A stretch of 34,159 nucleotides of DNA. Origin: Jimgerdemannia flammicorona. Taxonomy: Eukaryota. A program made the translations under genes and the position numbers. Shown in pieces: positions 1 through 12,008 of the stretch (its first letter is position 1; every line of letters begins with the position of its first letter). The notes below the pieces were generated by a model that saw only the letters and a program-made list of their open reading frames with translations, was not told where the DNA came from and made no database searches. The DNA is taken from positions 1 through 34,159 of the forward strand of contig RBNJ01000285.1 in assembly GCA_003990765.1 (NCBI GenBank), in the 5' to 3' direction.

Positions 1-14
1 AAAAAAAAAAAAAA

Positions 15-463
15 AGTTGATCCAAATTAGCAATATGAATCATAGGAATTAGACATTTGATCACAGTACCTGAATCAATTCCTGATATAGTATAGCCTTA
101 TAAATAGCAGTCATTTCACAAGTATTAAAGTTTTTACAAATGTTAAACTCTTTACAAATATCAAGAATTTACAGATGTTAAAGTTTTGACAATCATATAA
201 AAAGTGACTCATAACATAGTCAAAACTTAGCCACCTTATAGCTAGCAAACTTGTATAAATAACTCAGTATCTTAGAGTGAATAAACCTCAGATCAAAATA
301 GTTCAAAGCAAAGAGAAAGCAAAGGAACTAGTAAGCCTGTGGGCAGATACATTTCAAACTCACTCCCCTGCACCCTGAGGACTCTGTGAGAGTCAGAACA
401 AGTCAAGTTTTCAAGATACAGAAATCCGCCGTACTTCTGAGGTTAGGCGTCCACTACGTTACA
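15..463 (+). mobile_element. LTR (solo or 3' LTR) of the same Ty3/gypsy family as the elements at 11566-19722 and 20642-27242
   Basis: Colinear with 19276-19722 and with the reverse complement of 20642-21120 (shared blocks such as gttgatccaaatt, gtgaataaacctcagatcaaaatagttcaaag, gaactagtaagcctg). Ends ...ccactacgTTACA at 463 with no PBS after it. The first ~6 nt (TGTGAC) are replaced by a poly(A) run. Confidence 0.9.
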
Positions 464-2141
464 ATACATTGGGATTGCAAGTCGCAGATCGGGGACTGCA
501 GACCGCTCGGACCTAAAATCCGTGACTCTTTTGGATTCCGATGGCTGAGGAATAGATATCGTGACGGAAATGACGATACTCTAATAAGGAATAATAAAAA
601 TAGTGTTTAACCGTAAGCTCGTAGTAATACAGGCAATACCCCAAATGAAGTGAACACAACGATAACGAGCAGACCCTCCAGCTTCTGAATTGCCATTTAT
701 AATATGGTGTGAACGAATTAAATACGGCCTTCGAATTCTTTATTAAAAAAAAAAAAACAAACAACCCGAGCGAGCGCCTACAAAGCTAAGGTGTAAAAGT
801 GATCGTTCCATCAGATCAAGGACCGAAATTCTTTGGCAACTGGGATTCTTCGTGCCTTCAACCAAACGCAATGATAAATCCATTTTCCAAATACAGCGAA
901 ATGCTCTGGCGGTCTGTTTGGAGACCCCTTGAGGAGACATGAGAGCCCGTTGTTCTTTCCACGATTATTCGGTGGACTATACCAACCGTAAACGTAATGC
1001 CAGCGCCGAAGGTGATACAAACTATCTCGACCCAACTAGCAATTGGCTGCATCGCGTATATACATGGTTACTTGCGATATTCAGAAGCGATCGTTGTCGC
1101 ACCGAACAAGGAAATCGTCTCCACATTTCGCACCCCGAAATGACGCAGCTCGTGTAGCACGTTGCACACAAGTAACAGTGAATAATAGAGATGGGCAATC
1201 ACGTCGGTATTATCACCAATAAGCATGGTGAGATTCGTTCGAAGTTGTGATTCCTCTTGATGATTAATGAAATCCGGGCACGGATGCCAACAGACGCGTT
1301 GTCGTCGATGTGAGCTCTGTCCACAAATCTAAGATGTATGGTTAAGTCAGCTTTTCGACGCGACCTGCAGTCCTTGCAAAGCCTGCATATGGTCTTCATC
1401 CATATGATTTACTTTTTGCGCTGCTGCTATCACTCTCTGAATTTTCGGTGGCGGAGTATTATTTTAAAAGCAAGTCCGATTCTTTATAAATGTAATAAAC
1501 TGGACTTCGTTGCGTTTGAGCAAAGGAAATAATTTATCCGCAAATTTATACTACAATGTTCGACAAGAATTGCCAAAGCATAATAATGGGTAATTGATAT
1601 ACTGATTATGACAAACCCCGATATATAGGGGTAAAAAAAAAAAAGACCCCTTAACGAATGTGTCGAGCTAAAAATCCGGCATAGAGCTTTATAACTTTCA
1701 AAATCATATACTACCCTCTATTATGTCTACATTTGCAATATTATATATAACATCGATACTTGTGACCGGTGATTAAGATATGAGCCATCCGGAGATGTGC
1801 TCCGAAAAAAATCCTTCGTATGCCGAAGCGAAATTAGAGGGCCACATTTCCAAAAAAAAAAAAAATCGACATTGAGACATAAATCCCTACTGGTTCACTC
1901 CGAAAATGGTGCAGACATTAGTCCAAATGGGTGTAGCCGTTCGGTTCACCCATCCACAAATATCCTATATGGATATAAGTCATAGCCATTCTCGTGGTTG
2001 CACTATTTTTTAATTGGATACCTTTAATTTGTGCGTCGTATAGGTCCGATAGCCGAGGTGTATTCCGGTATATATTAAGCTGTAAGAACACCTCGATGAG
2101 TCGATACTATCCGTCATCGCAATCCGACGATACGTTTCAGA

Positions 2142-3573
2142 ATGTTTTTCCTTACCAAAAGCCTCACTATCGCGGTGACGGTTTTCACCGTTATCGCCTC
2201 CGCATCACCATTTAAACGACAAGTCGCTAATGGTTCAGTAACGGACCGGAATATCAAGTAAATGTTCGCAAATTTAATGTGACTTGGGCCAAACCTGACG
2301 AGCCTTGTAATTTAATCCGTGTCTTTCATAACGTAGATACGTCGGTCGCTGGAACTCGACGACTACAACTGGCTATTGGTAATTTCAGATGATCATTTAT
2401 GCGATCAGTTTCCTACCGCTTCACGCCAGAACCTCACCATTTGCGCATCCTCACGTTGCCAGGTGTGCTCCCTACATCCGCGTCCGCTTCACTAATACCA
2501 CAACCTTGAAGGTTAATCTGGATGGCAATAACAATACAGTAGTATGGAAAATCGACAATGGCGAACCGACACTACTAACAACCAACGGTCCAGGCACTTA
2601 TGAGATTAAGCCTGCGGGTGGGTTTAGCATCTCGGAAATATACACACTGATGCTAGGCCCAGAATATTGTTTTCCTTTGGCGTTCAAAGGGCTGGTATTC
2701 GATGAGGGTGGTCACACGATCAAGGGGAACTTCCCAAAGAAACTAATCGAGTTTGTGGGCGACTCGGTCACGGGGGGGGTGAGTTTTTTTTAATGCATTA
2801 CGACACACAACGCAAATGTCTATGCTGGCATCGCGCCAGTAATTTACAGAATCTGACTGCAAAGCTCACCTTTACTCCAGGTAACCGATTCCATGCTGAC
2901 ATGGTCCGACTACTCGTTCCTTACGGGCGAGGCACTTGGCGTCGAGCACACGCAAATCGCCAAAGCTGGCATGTGCCTCACAGATTACGGCACCTGTCTG
3001 CCAGGCTCTTTGAAAGACTACTTCACCAGCACCTACAATCCCGGGTTTTCCCCGTGTAATTGCTCCATGGAGTGGGATTTCTCCTACCAAGCCGACGCAG
3101 TGTCGATCATGATTGGTAATGAACTCGCGTTACCGAATACTGTTTTTTTTTTTATTTTTATTTTTTTTTCCCTGGCCATGATACCGATTGAAATCCAATC
3201 AACTATATTCATTAATGCTTATATCCGCTGTATCATTCATCTGCCAGGTGTAAACGACCACAGTCATGGGCCGGCTCCCAGCGATGTCTTCCAATCGACT
3301 TATACCAACTTGCTGGTCACAGTCCGTACCAAGTACCCGAAAGCACACATCTTCAGCTTGACGGCCTTTAGTGGGTTTTACGGTGGCGATATTGTAGCCG
3401 CCATCGCCGGACGAGCTGCCGCTGGCGACCATGCAATTACATTTGTCAATACGACCACTTGGCTCATCCGCCCAGACGACTTCAGCAATAACGGTTCGCA
3501 TCCCAACAATGGGGGGCAGGTAAAGGTGGTTAAACAGCTTGCGCCAATTATGAAGAATGTGTTGCAGTGGTAA
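2142..3573 (+). CDS. Secreted SGNH/GDSL hydrolase, carbohydrate esterase family 2-like, 344 aa; exons 2142-2257, 2337-2378, 2463-2778, 2881-3115, 3248-3573
   Basis: Four GT..AG introns with compatible phases; exons total 1035 nt. N-terminus MFFLTKSLTIAVTVFTVIASASPFKR (signal peptide plus KR site). KYVGRW start typical of the CE2 N-terminal beta domain. Block I IEFVGDSVT, block II region IAKAG, block III IMIG|VND joined by splicing, block V NGSHP. Confidence 0.88.
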
Positions 3574-4719
3574 TTGAATTCATGAATTCTTAAATAATCA
3601 TGGATGGTTTTGCCGGTATTATCGTTTCGGCATATCCTGTGATTGACCTAAGTTACAGCATAAGGAAGAGAGTTAGAGAGGATTATAAAGCTTGCTTACA
3701 AAGAAACACATTCAGAGCTCCAGATATACAAACTATAGACGCATTGGTGAGTGGACATCAATAAAAGGAACGTTGGAACTAAAGGGCACTTTTATAAGTC
3801 CGTCGAGTATCCTCGAAATCAGATGCTGCGAAGGGTTTCAGTAAAACGTTTTCGGAGACGTTTATACCCCCGCTGTATTAATATCAAATTCGGAAAATCA
3901 CGGTTCCTATTAGCAAACTCTCCTTGAAATTAGGAACCGGTTAATAAATACTTGTAATACTAGTGCGCCATTTAGAAGGAAGAATAACGAGTGAAGAACA
4001 GGGAAATAAGAGTGTCACGAAATGGCGTACGGGTGCCTGTTGCATATGCGGAGTGATAACTAGTATCGGATGAATCATCGAGAGCGCGGACATCTTCTGA
4101 CTTTCGAATCATTTAAATAAAGGCGGTGCATCTTTCCGAATTCCAGCAAAGGCATCGAAGGATCTTGTTCAACCTCTGATTTGGGTGGGCCCGCAGCTCG
4201 GGTGCTGAGAAATTCACTTAAGGAGTACAGTTGTCGTGGATCAGTAACAAATAATTATGATGTCAGCCCAAAGCACTCTTGATACTGGCCACTATAGTCA
4301 TATATGCAAGAATCCAAACTGTTGACGCGGTTATGCAGCATCGTAAAGGCGCTCGATTACGGGAGGGGAATCAGGATGTCGTGAAGCTATTTGAAGTGGT
4401 ATTTTCCGGCAGCTACAAAACAACGCATTGAAATTAAAACGCAATGGCTTCGCACACTTACGGCTAATCCAACAAGACGATCCCCACGGTATCGAGTACT
4501 GGATTTAATTATATGATAATTGTTGTTAGTGCACAGTCACGTTTACCCCATGTAGCAATTTGTTCAAACTTGCGTTGAAGCCTATCTGTCTGTCTAAGAG
4601 AACCTCAAGCTATAGCTTATTCAATCCATAAGATGGAAATTCAAAGCTCACATGTCTTGAAATATTAAATATTGAGACTATAATCCTTATGGCTTCTTCA
4701 GAAAAATTATTGAGAAGTG

Positions 4720-5800
4720 ATTATGATATTTTTTTTGGTATTATTGATTACTTAACAAAATACCAGATGGTATTTCAGGCTACACTTTATTTATTAAGAT
4801 TGAAGTATTGATATTTTCTAACACAAGTATTAGAAAACTTATATTATTTAATATATATTTCAATTTATTAATTTCTTCTTTTTGAGATAATATTGTTTAC
4901 TATATTTATAACTTTTAATATAAAGTATATATAATATAGAATTAGTTAATACATTACTCTAAGTATTTAATAATATAATTTTAATAATTTTGATATATTT
5001 TAATAATATTGAAAAGTATTATAAAATAATTAAATATATAGAAGATAAGTATATCTATATAAAGAGATAGAATATATAATTTATCTTTTTAAAAATTATT
5101 ATTTAAAGAAATTAATCTTTGACTTAAAGTTATTTATCTATAAAAAAGAAATTTAAAGATATAATTTATAAGATAAAATTATAATAATACTTATTAATAT
5201 ATTTATCTACTTAAATATTATTAACTTATAGTTTATTTAATTTACTCTTCAAAGTACTTTCTTATTTATAAATTTTAGATGCTTTCAACTTATATAATTT
5301 TCTCTCTTTTTATAAATAAAATTGTAGCTATAATTTATTTATATTTATGATAATTAATTTAATTATAAACTTTAATTAATATAATAAGAAATATCTTAGA
5401 TGATAACTAAAATACTGATATTTTAATTGATTTAAATTTACTAAGATTCTATTAACTATATTTAAACCAATTAAATAATAAGTTATATAGTAAAATATTT
5501 AAAATAATTAATATTTTATTATTCTATAAATTAGAAAGTTAGATATTATAAGATTTATTTAATAATTTTAATATACTTTAATATTAAGAAAATATTATAT
5601 ATTTTTCATTTTATTAAAAAAATAAACAAAATATATCTATTTTTAATTATACTAAATTATATGTATATGCTATTTCTTTTTTTTATTTAGTAAAAAGATT
5701 AATTTTATTATATAGCTATTTAAATTACCGAAATTAATATATTGAAGACAAGATTGTTCCCAATATATTTCATTGATATGATATAATTTTATAAATGCTC
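4720..5800. other. Extremely AT-rich tract, probably a terminally C>T/G>A-mutated repeat relic
   Basis: G+C falls steeply from host-like sequence, CpG is essentially absent and TpA is abundant. No ORF >=60 aa; no domain recognisable by eye. Confidence 0.5.
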
Positions 5801-6069
5801 TGCTTTAATTATTTGCAGTAAAAAAAAAAAAAAACTCCGATTTTTACCACATTCGGTGTATTTCATAGTATGCTTTTCACCACCGTGTCTTCCGCAAACG
5901 ATGACCATTATCTTTGCTTTCTTTCGTTTTTTAGCGAGATGATTGAAAAATGTATCGCCAAGTACCATTTAATAATGTTTATGTTAGCCCAACTCTCCTC
6001 TAGTATACGTATAACTGATGAATTCCACCCCACCTACTATCGATATATGGGGTAACGATACCGGTAACG

Positions 6070-6700
6070 TCAATATGCAGTATTGCAAAATTCCAAAATG
6101 TTTTCAGAAAACTGAACCTCAAGGGTCTTTGGACAGTCAACAATTTGCAGCATAATCTTGGATGTCGCGCACAGTTCTATGTCGTGTCTACTTACGTGTG
6201 AATCGTCGATTATGGAATGTTTATAAAGTTCCTGTGTCCGCATCTTATTTAGGCTGCGGTTAATGTTTGCTCTTGCAAGCATCCCATTCGCAGGTTTGTT
6301 CGTTGCATCTGAATCGGTTTGGCTTTATTTGAACATGATCGCTCATCACAAAAGCCTCTTGCGTACCCCAACTTTCCTCAAAGCAAACAGAACTTTCTAC
6401 TTCAACTTTGTACTGGATCAATCTGTACATGTACGTACGTTTCCGAATTAATATCCATGCGTACCGTTGAGTTCAGAGCTTATATTTTTCCGTCCTTTCA
6501 ATACATTAATGTTCTTTTACGCCTGGCTGTGGATCGTTATGATCGATATCATAGTGCTGTTGTATGCCGCAAGCGAGTCCATATACCGCAATCGTTTGCC
6601 CCTGTTTGACTTAACACCTTAACATTTCTCAGCACTGTCATCCATTATTTATTGTCCCAGTGATATACTATTGTTCAATGCTCAACCTGACTTACTAGTA
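6070..6700 (-). pseudogene. Possible relic of a Ulp1/C48-like cysteine protease followed by a ZZ-like zinc finger
   Basis: One minus frame reads ...VEH*(W)TIV... (6680) and ...KVLSQTGANDCGIWT (Q 6608, C 6590), matching HW and Q-x5-C(G) C48 motifs. Downstream, FCDERSC.../RFRCNEQTCEWDAC (about 6360-6275, one frameshift) resembles a ZZ finger. The H-to-C spacing (30 codons) is shorter than in typical C48 proteases. Confidence 0.3.
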
Positions 6701-7061
6701 AACCTTTATTATTTCAAATCAATCCTGCTCAACTCCACATTAGCATATCGGAAATTTTTTTTCTTTTAAGTAGAAGAAACCATCCCTAAAGATATTAGGT
6801 CAATAGACCTGGCTACATATATATATCAGAAATTATTATTAGATACAAGTAATGGAAGAAAGCAAGGCATCACCGGACATAGAATAATATGAACTTGAGC
6901 TAGAGCAAAAAAAAATGAGATACTCAGAGCATTGTAAAAGCAGGATGCGCCGGAAACCGGCGCCAAAAGTTAATGGCATACACTTCCCATTGTCAATCGC
7001 CAGCATGACAAGTTGCTCGCTCGCTCTGCAGAGTGGGAATGATTCCCCGAAAGTCACACGC

Positions 7062-7205
7062 GGTGGACTATATAGACATGGTAGACTTGATCGACACGGT
7101 GGACTTGATCGACACGGTGGACTTGATCGACACGGTGGACTTGATCGACACGGTGGACTTGATCGACACGGTGGACTTGATCGACACGGTGGACTTGATC
7201 GACAC
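7062..7205. repeat. Tandem 18-bp minisatellite (ggtggacttgatcgacac) x8
   Basis: Direct reading; units start at 7062, 7080, 7098 ... 7188, and the last six are essentially identical. Confidence 0.95.
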
Positions 7206-7490
7206 CTGCAGTGGACCTGATCGACACGGCGGGCGTGGACCTGATCAACACGGCGGCGGTGGACCTGATCAACACGGCGGCGGTGGACCTGATCGACACG
7301 GCGGCTGTGGACCTGATCGACACGGCGGCGGTGGACCTGATCGACACGGCGGCGGTGGACCTGATCGACACGGCGGCGGTGGACCTGATCAACACGGCGG
7401 CGGTGGACCTGATCGACACGGTGGGCGTGGACTTCATCAACACGGTAGACGTGGACCTGATCGATACGGTGGACATGGACCAGAACGACA
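7206..7490. repeat. Tandem 24-bp minisatellite (ggcggtggacctgatcgacacggc), about 11-12 copies
   Basis: Direct reading; the unit is the 18-mer core plus about 6 nt (ggcggc). Confidence 0.93.
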
Positions 7491-7509
7491 GGGAGATGAA
7501 GATGTCAGT

Positions 7510-9120
7510 GTAGTGATGTTGGCGTAGTGGGGAAAGGTGGAAGGCGTCAAAGTCGGAGTGGGGAGAAGACGAAGGCATCTACATAGTGGGGGGAAAGGTG
7601 GAAGTCGTCGTCATCGTCATCGTCGGAGTAGGGGGGAGTGGATGGCATCTGCGTAGTGGGGAGAAGGTGAAAGTCATCATTGTCATTGTCGGAGTAGGTG
7701 GAAGTAGAAGGCATCGGCGTAGTGGGGGAAAGTGGAAGTCGTCGTCGTCAATGTCAGAGTGGGGGGGAAGTGGAAGGCATCGGCGTAGTGGGGGGGAAAT
7801 GGAAGGCATCGGCATAGTGGGGGGAAAGTGGAAGTCGTCATCGTCATAATCTGCGTAGTGGGAGAAAGGTGGAAGTCATCATCGTCATCGTCATCGTCGG
7901 AGTGGGGGGAAGTGGAAGGCATCGGCGTAGTAGGGAAAAGTCGTCGTCGTCGTCGTCATCGTCGGAGTGGGGGAAGTGGATAATCTGCGTAATGGGAAGA
8001 AGGTGGAAGTCTTCATCGTCATCGTTAGAGTGGGGGGAAGTGGATGGCATCTGCTTAGTGGGAGAAAGGTGGAAGTCGTCATCGTCATCGTCGGAGTGGG
8101 GGGAAGTGGAAGGCATCGGCGTAGTAGGGAAAAGTCGTCGTCGTCATCGTCGGAGTGGGGAGAAGTGGAAGGCATCGGCATAGGTGGGGGGAAAGTGGAA
8201 GTCGTCATCGTCATAGTCGGAGAGGGGGAAGTGGATAATCTGCGTAATGGGAAGAAGGTGGAAGCCTTCATCGTCATCGTTAGAGTAGGGGGAAGTGGAT
8301 GGCATCTGCGTAGTGGAGAGAAGGTGGAAGTCGTCGGAGGACGAGTGGGGGGGAAGTGGATGGCATCTACATATTGGGGGGAAGGTGGAAGTCACCATCG
8401 TCGTCATCGTCGGAGTGGGAAGTGGATGGCATCTTGTGTAGTGGGGGGGAAGGTCGTAGCCGTCCTCGTCGTCATCACCGGAGTGGGAGGGTAAGTGGAT
8501 GAGGTGGAAGTCATCCTCGTCGTCATCGACAGAGTGGGGAGAAGTGGATGGGGCATCCTGTGTAGTGGGGGAAAGGTGGAAGTCATCGTCGTCGTCATTG
8601 TCGGAGTGGGGGGAAGTGGATGGTATCTTGCGTAGTGGGAGAAAGGTGGAAGTCGTCATCGTCATCGCCATCGTCATCGTTGGAGTGGGGAGAATCTGAT
8701 GGCATCTTGCATAGTGGGGGAACGTGGAAGTCGTCCTCGCCGTCATCGTCGGAGTGGGGGAAGCGGTGGCATCTGCGTAGTGGAGGGAAGGTGGAAGTCA
8801 TCGTTATCATCGTCGGAGTGGGGGGAAGTGGATGGCATCTGCGAAGTGGGGGGAGTGGATGGCATCTGCGAAGTAAGGGGAAGGTGGAAGTCGTCGTCAT
8901 TGCTTTCGTCGAGTGGGGGAAATTGAAAGGCATCGGCGTAGTAAGTCGACGCCGTCATCGTCATAGTGAGGGGAAGTGAAAGGCACTGCGTACTGGGGGG
9001 AAACGTAGAAGTCATTGGCGGAGAGGGGGTGAAGAGGAAGGCGTCGGCGTGTGGGGGAGAGTGGAAGATGTCGGCGTAGTGGGGGGAAGTGGAAGATAGC
9101 GGCGTAGTGGGAGAAGTCTC
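7510..9120. repeat. G-rich ~55-70 bp minisatellite, roughly 25 copies (gcgtagtggggGaaaggtggaagtc(gtc/atc)n ggagtggggggaagtggatggcatct)
   Basis: Direct reading; unit length varies through triplet number and G-run length. The minus strand translates in pieces to DDDDFHLSPTTQMPSTSPHS repeats with frequent frameshifts. Confidence 0.92.
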
Positions 9121-9199
9121 CAAGTTGTCATTCTAAATAATTCAAAGATATAAATTTAAAAGACATGAACACATCATCAATTATACTACAAACTCCTCC

Positions 9200-10860
9200 T
9201 CATTTCATCTAGGTCTATTCCAACCTAACCCGAATGTCACACTTTTTTGCGGAAATCGCTTTTGGCCCAGGGAGTGTTATCTTGGTGAACGATGATCCGA
9301 CGAACGATGACTTGACGAACGATGACTTGGGAACGATAGGATAGGAAATAGCTTGGAGAGCGATTGCTTAGGTAACGATGGCTTGAGGAGCGATGGCTTG
9401 GAGAGCGATGGCGTGGTGATCGGTAGCCTTGGTCACTCGTAAGTGGCTAGGAGGTACTCGAAAGTGTCTTGAAATCCCCTGTTGCTATGACCGAGGAATG
9501 TCTTGAGAGGCTCCTGCAATCGCGCAGCATTCCAGATAGAATACTATGATTTGAGAGAGGCTCGGAAAGGTGGCGGGGGCATTTGTAATTGTTGGCGTTC
9601 TGGCGGTTTTGGAAGTCTTGCAGATGGGGATGTTGATTGCAGATGTAGAGTTGCGGAGGTGGATGTAGATATAGATGACATGCGAATGTGGACGTGGAGG
9701 TGGAGTTGCTGCTGTGAATGTGTATTTGGACGTTATCGTAGACGAAGATTTTTTCGCAGACGAAGTTGTGTTCATGCGGACTTGATGTTCTTGTAGATGT
9801 TCTAGCAGATGTGAACGTTGTTTCGATGTGAAGTATATTCAGATGTAGAAGTTTTTGTTGTAAATGTGAAGTATTTGCGAATTATCCTTGTACACATTTA
9901 TCTTTTTGCAATGACAGAATACATATTTACCGATGTGGACGTGTGGACATTCTTGCAGATGCGGACGTTCTTGCAGACGAGGACGTTCCTGCAGACGTGG
10001 ATGTTACTGCAGATGTGGATGCTCTTGCAGGCGTCGACGTTTTTTGTAGATGTCGGTGTGTACTTGTGAACATATGGTCGTTCTTGAAAGATTCTGGAAA
10101 GATAACACGTTAAAGATACATATATCGTCATTCAATTTAAATTAGGAACGCTTGACGCACACGTTTCTTCAATACTCTGAGTCTCCCCTTTAATTCATTC
10201 TTTTGCTCGGCCCACCTCCCTTCATGTTGTTATTCCTTCTGTCCAAAAAACATACGGACTTACATCTTTCTCGAAGAGAATAATGGCCAGGATTTAATGC
10301 AGATTTGAGCGTCCTTATGGACGGAGGTCGTGGACTGTGGATGTTCCTATGGTCTTGCGGACGTGGACGTAGATGTCCTTGTGGTCTTGCGGACGTAGAC
10401 GCGGATGACCTTGTGGATGGTCTTGTGGATAACGGTGGGGTGTCATGGTGGTGGGAAGGAAAGAATAAAAGAAATTTCAATATAAGGGAACCTGAACCTC
10501 TACGAATGCGAAGACCTAGCCACTATTAAGGCGAAAACATAACTACTATGAAGACACCGCCACAACGAAGACACGACTATTGCAAAGACACAGCCACTAC
10601 GAAGATGCGACTACTTCAAAGACACAGCCACCACGAACTTCAAGGGAAACTCACAGCGTATTTTCAGTGAAGCAGATGGGACTTGTCAGAGGAAGTGGTA
10701 TCGTCGGAGGAAATCGTCGCGTAGGAGGAAATCATCTCGACAGAGGTAATGATCTCGTCTGAGAAATCGTCTCATCAGAGGAATAGGCGTTGTTAGTGGG
10801 CGTTTCCAATGGAAATTACAGTGGAGGGTGTCTCTTAGGAGAAGGAATGGTCTCGTCGAT
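9200..10860 (-). pseudogene. Possible decayed intron-containing gene segment encoding Ser/Thr-rich low-complexity repeats
   Basis: Minus-strand pieces such as DEIITSVEMISSYATISSDDTTSSDK, LSTRPSTRSSASTSARP and TSTPARASTSAVTSTSAGTSSSARTSASAR. Candidate donors gtgagt (about 10657) and gtaagt (about 10264). Short 15-18 bp degenerate repeats at 9290-9420 and 9930-10040. No continuous frame. Confidence 0.3.
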
Positions 10861-10879
10861 AAAGAAAATGAGCAAAAGA

Positions 10880-10978
10880 GTGCAGAAGTGAAGGAGTGAA
10901 GAAGTGTAGGAGTTAAGAAGTGGAAGGAGTGAAGGAGTGAAGGAGTAGGGAGTGAAGAAGTGAAGGAATGAAGGAATA
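10880..10978. repeat. Purine-rich 8-bp microrepeat (gaaggagt/gaagaagt), about 11 copies
   Basis: Direct reading. Confidence 0.8.
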
Positions 10979-11990
10979 GAAAAAAAAAAAGGGGATGTGT
11001 TTACGCGTTTACCCGCGTGGATCAGGAATGTTCTCGAAATTTCAAGTCACAGATTTTTTTGATGTAAGCTTTACACTCGAACAATTATGAATGCCTGAAA
11101 AAGGTAACATATATGTATATATGTTCAGTATAGACAGGAAAGTCAAAAAACTTGTTAGATTCCACTAGGCGGGGTTGATAGATGAACAAATGTTACCCTT
11201 TCTAGCCCATTCTCAAAATTACAGATACGGTGTCGGATTTGCCTTTTTGGGTCATGTCTCGACGTCCAGTCTTTTGTGTATAATACTAACCGTTTCGCCC
11301 TTCGTCTTAGTTTGTGCGCGTGGGTTTAAAAGTCAATAATTACACTGATACTGTTGTATAAGGAATTATTTTATATGATACAACTTCAAACCCTTTTTTT
11401 GTAGAGATCTAAACAATATCTGAAAAGTATCCAAGCTGGTTATTCTATGAAATGTAATGGGCATTTCTTATATGGTACACTCTACTATAAATAATAATTT
11501 AGAGTATTAAAAGTAAGTAAAAGTTATTTAAGAAATTATATTATAAATATTAAAAATAAAATATTAATATAAATTAGAGAAATAGACATTTGATTACAGT
11601 ACCTGAACTCATTCCCCTAATATAGTATAGCTATAAATAGCAGTTATTTCACAAATGTCAAGATTTAACAGATGTTGAAATTTGACAATTATCAAAATTT
11701 TACAAATATCAAGGATCCACACTTGTGAAAAATAACTCACAGTTATAACTTAGCTACCTTATAGCTAGCAAACTTGTATAAATATCTCCAGTATCTAGAG
11801 TGAATAAACCTCAGATCAAAATAGTTCAAAGTAAAGAGAAAGCAAGAGAACTAGTAAGTCTGTAGATAGATATACTTTGAACTTATACTTCTACACTCTG
11901 AGGATACTATGAGAGTCAGAATAAGATCAAGTTTCTAATATATAGAAAACTGCTATACTTCTGAGATTAGGCATCTACTATATTATAACT

Positions 11991-12008
11991 TAGTACCTAT
12001 TGGCTGGT
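11991..12008 (+). other. Primer-binding site of copy 1 (decayed TGG>TAG)
   Basis: tagtacctattggctggt begins 3 nt (act) after the LTR end; copy 2 has tagtgcccattgactggt at the same position. Confidence 0.7.

Noticed and set aside
780..1157. Frame of about 125 codons broken by a single TGA (930-932), and overlapping ORFs on both strands
   Set aside because: No recognisable domain, start context or splice structure, and no evidence for Sec or readthrough; compatible with chance in 48-50% GC DNA.
7033..7527. + strand ORF with HGGGGPDR octapeptide repeats resembling prion-protein octarepeats
   Set aside because: 3n tandem units are open in most frames on both strands; there is no signal peptide or flanking gene structure.
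7062..9120. Possible CRISPR array
   Set aside because: Units abut with no unique spacers, there are no cas genes, and the context is eukaryotic.
11099..11201. Short inverted repeat aaggtaacat / atgttaccctt as a MITE
   Set aside because: About 10 bp and imperfect, with no TSD or second copy in the window.
5881..11232. caccgtgtct (5881) and agatacggtg (11223) as CACTA-like TIRs around the decayed gene
   Set aside because: Only a 9/10 bp match, with no TSD and no subterminal repeats.
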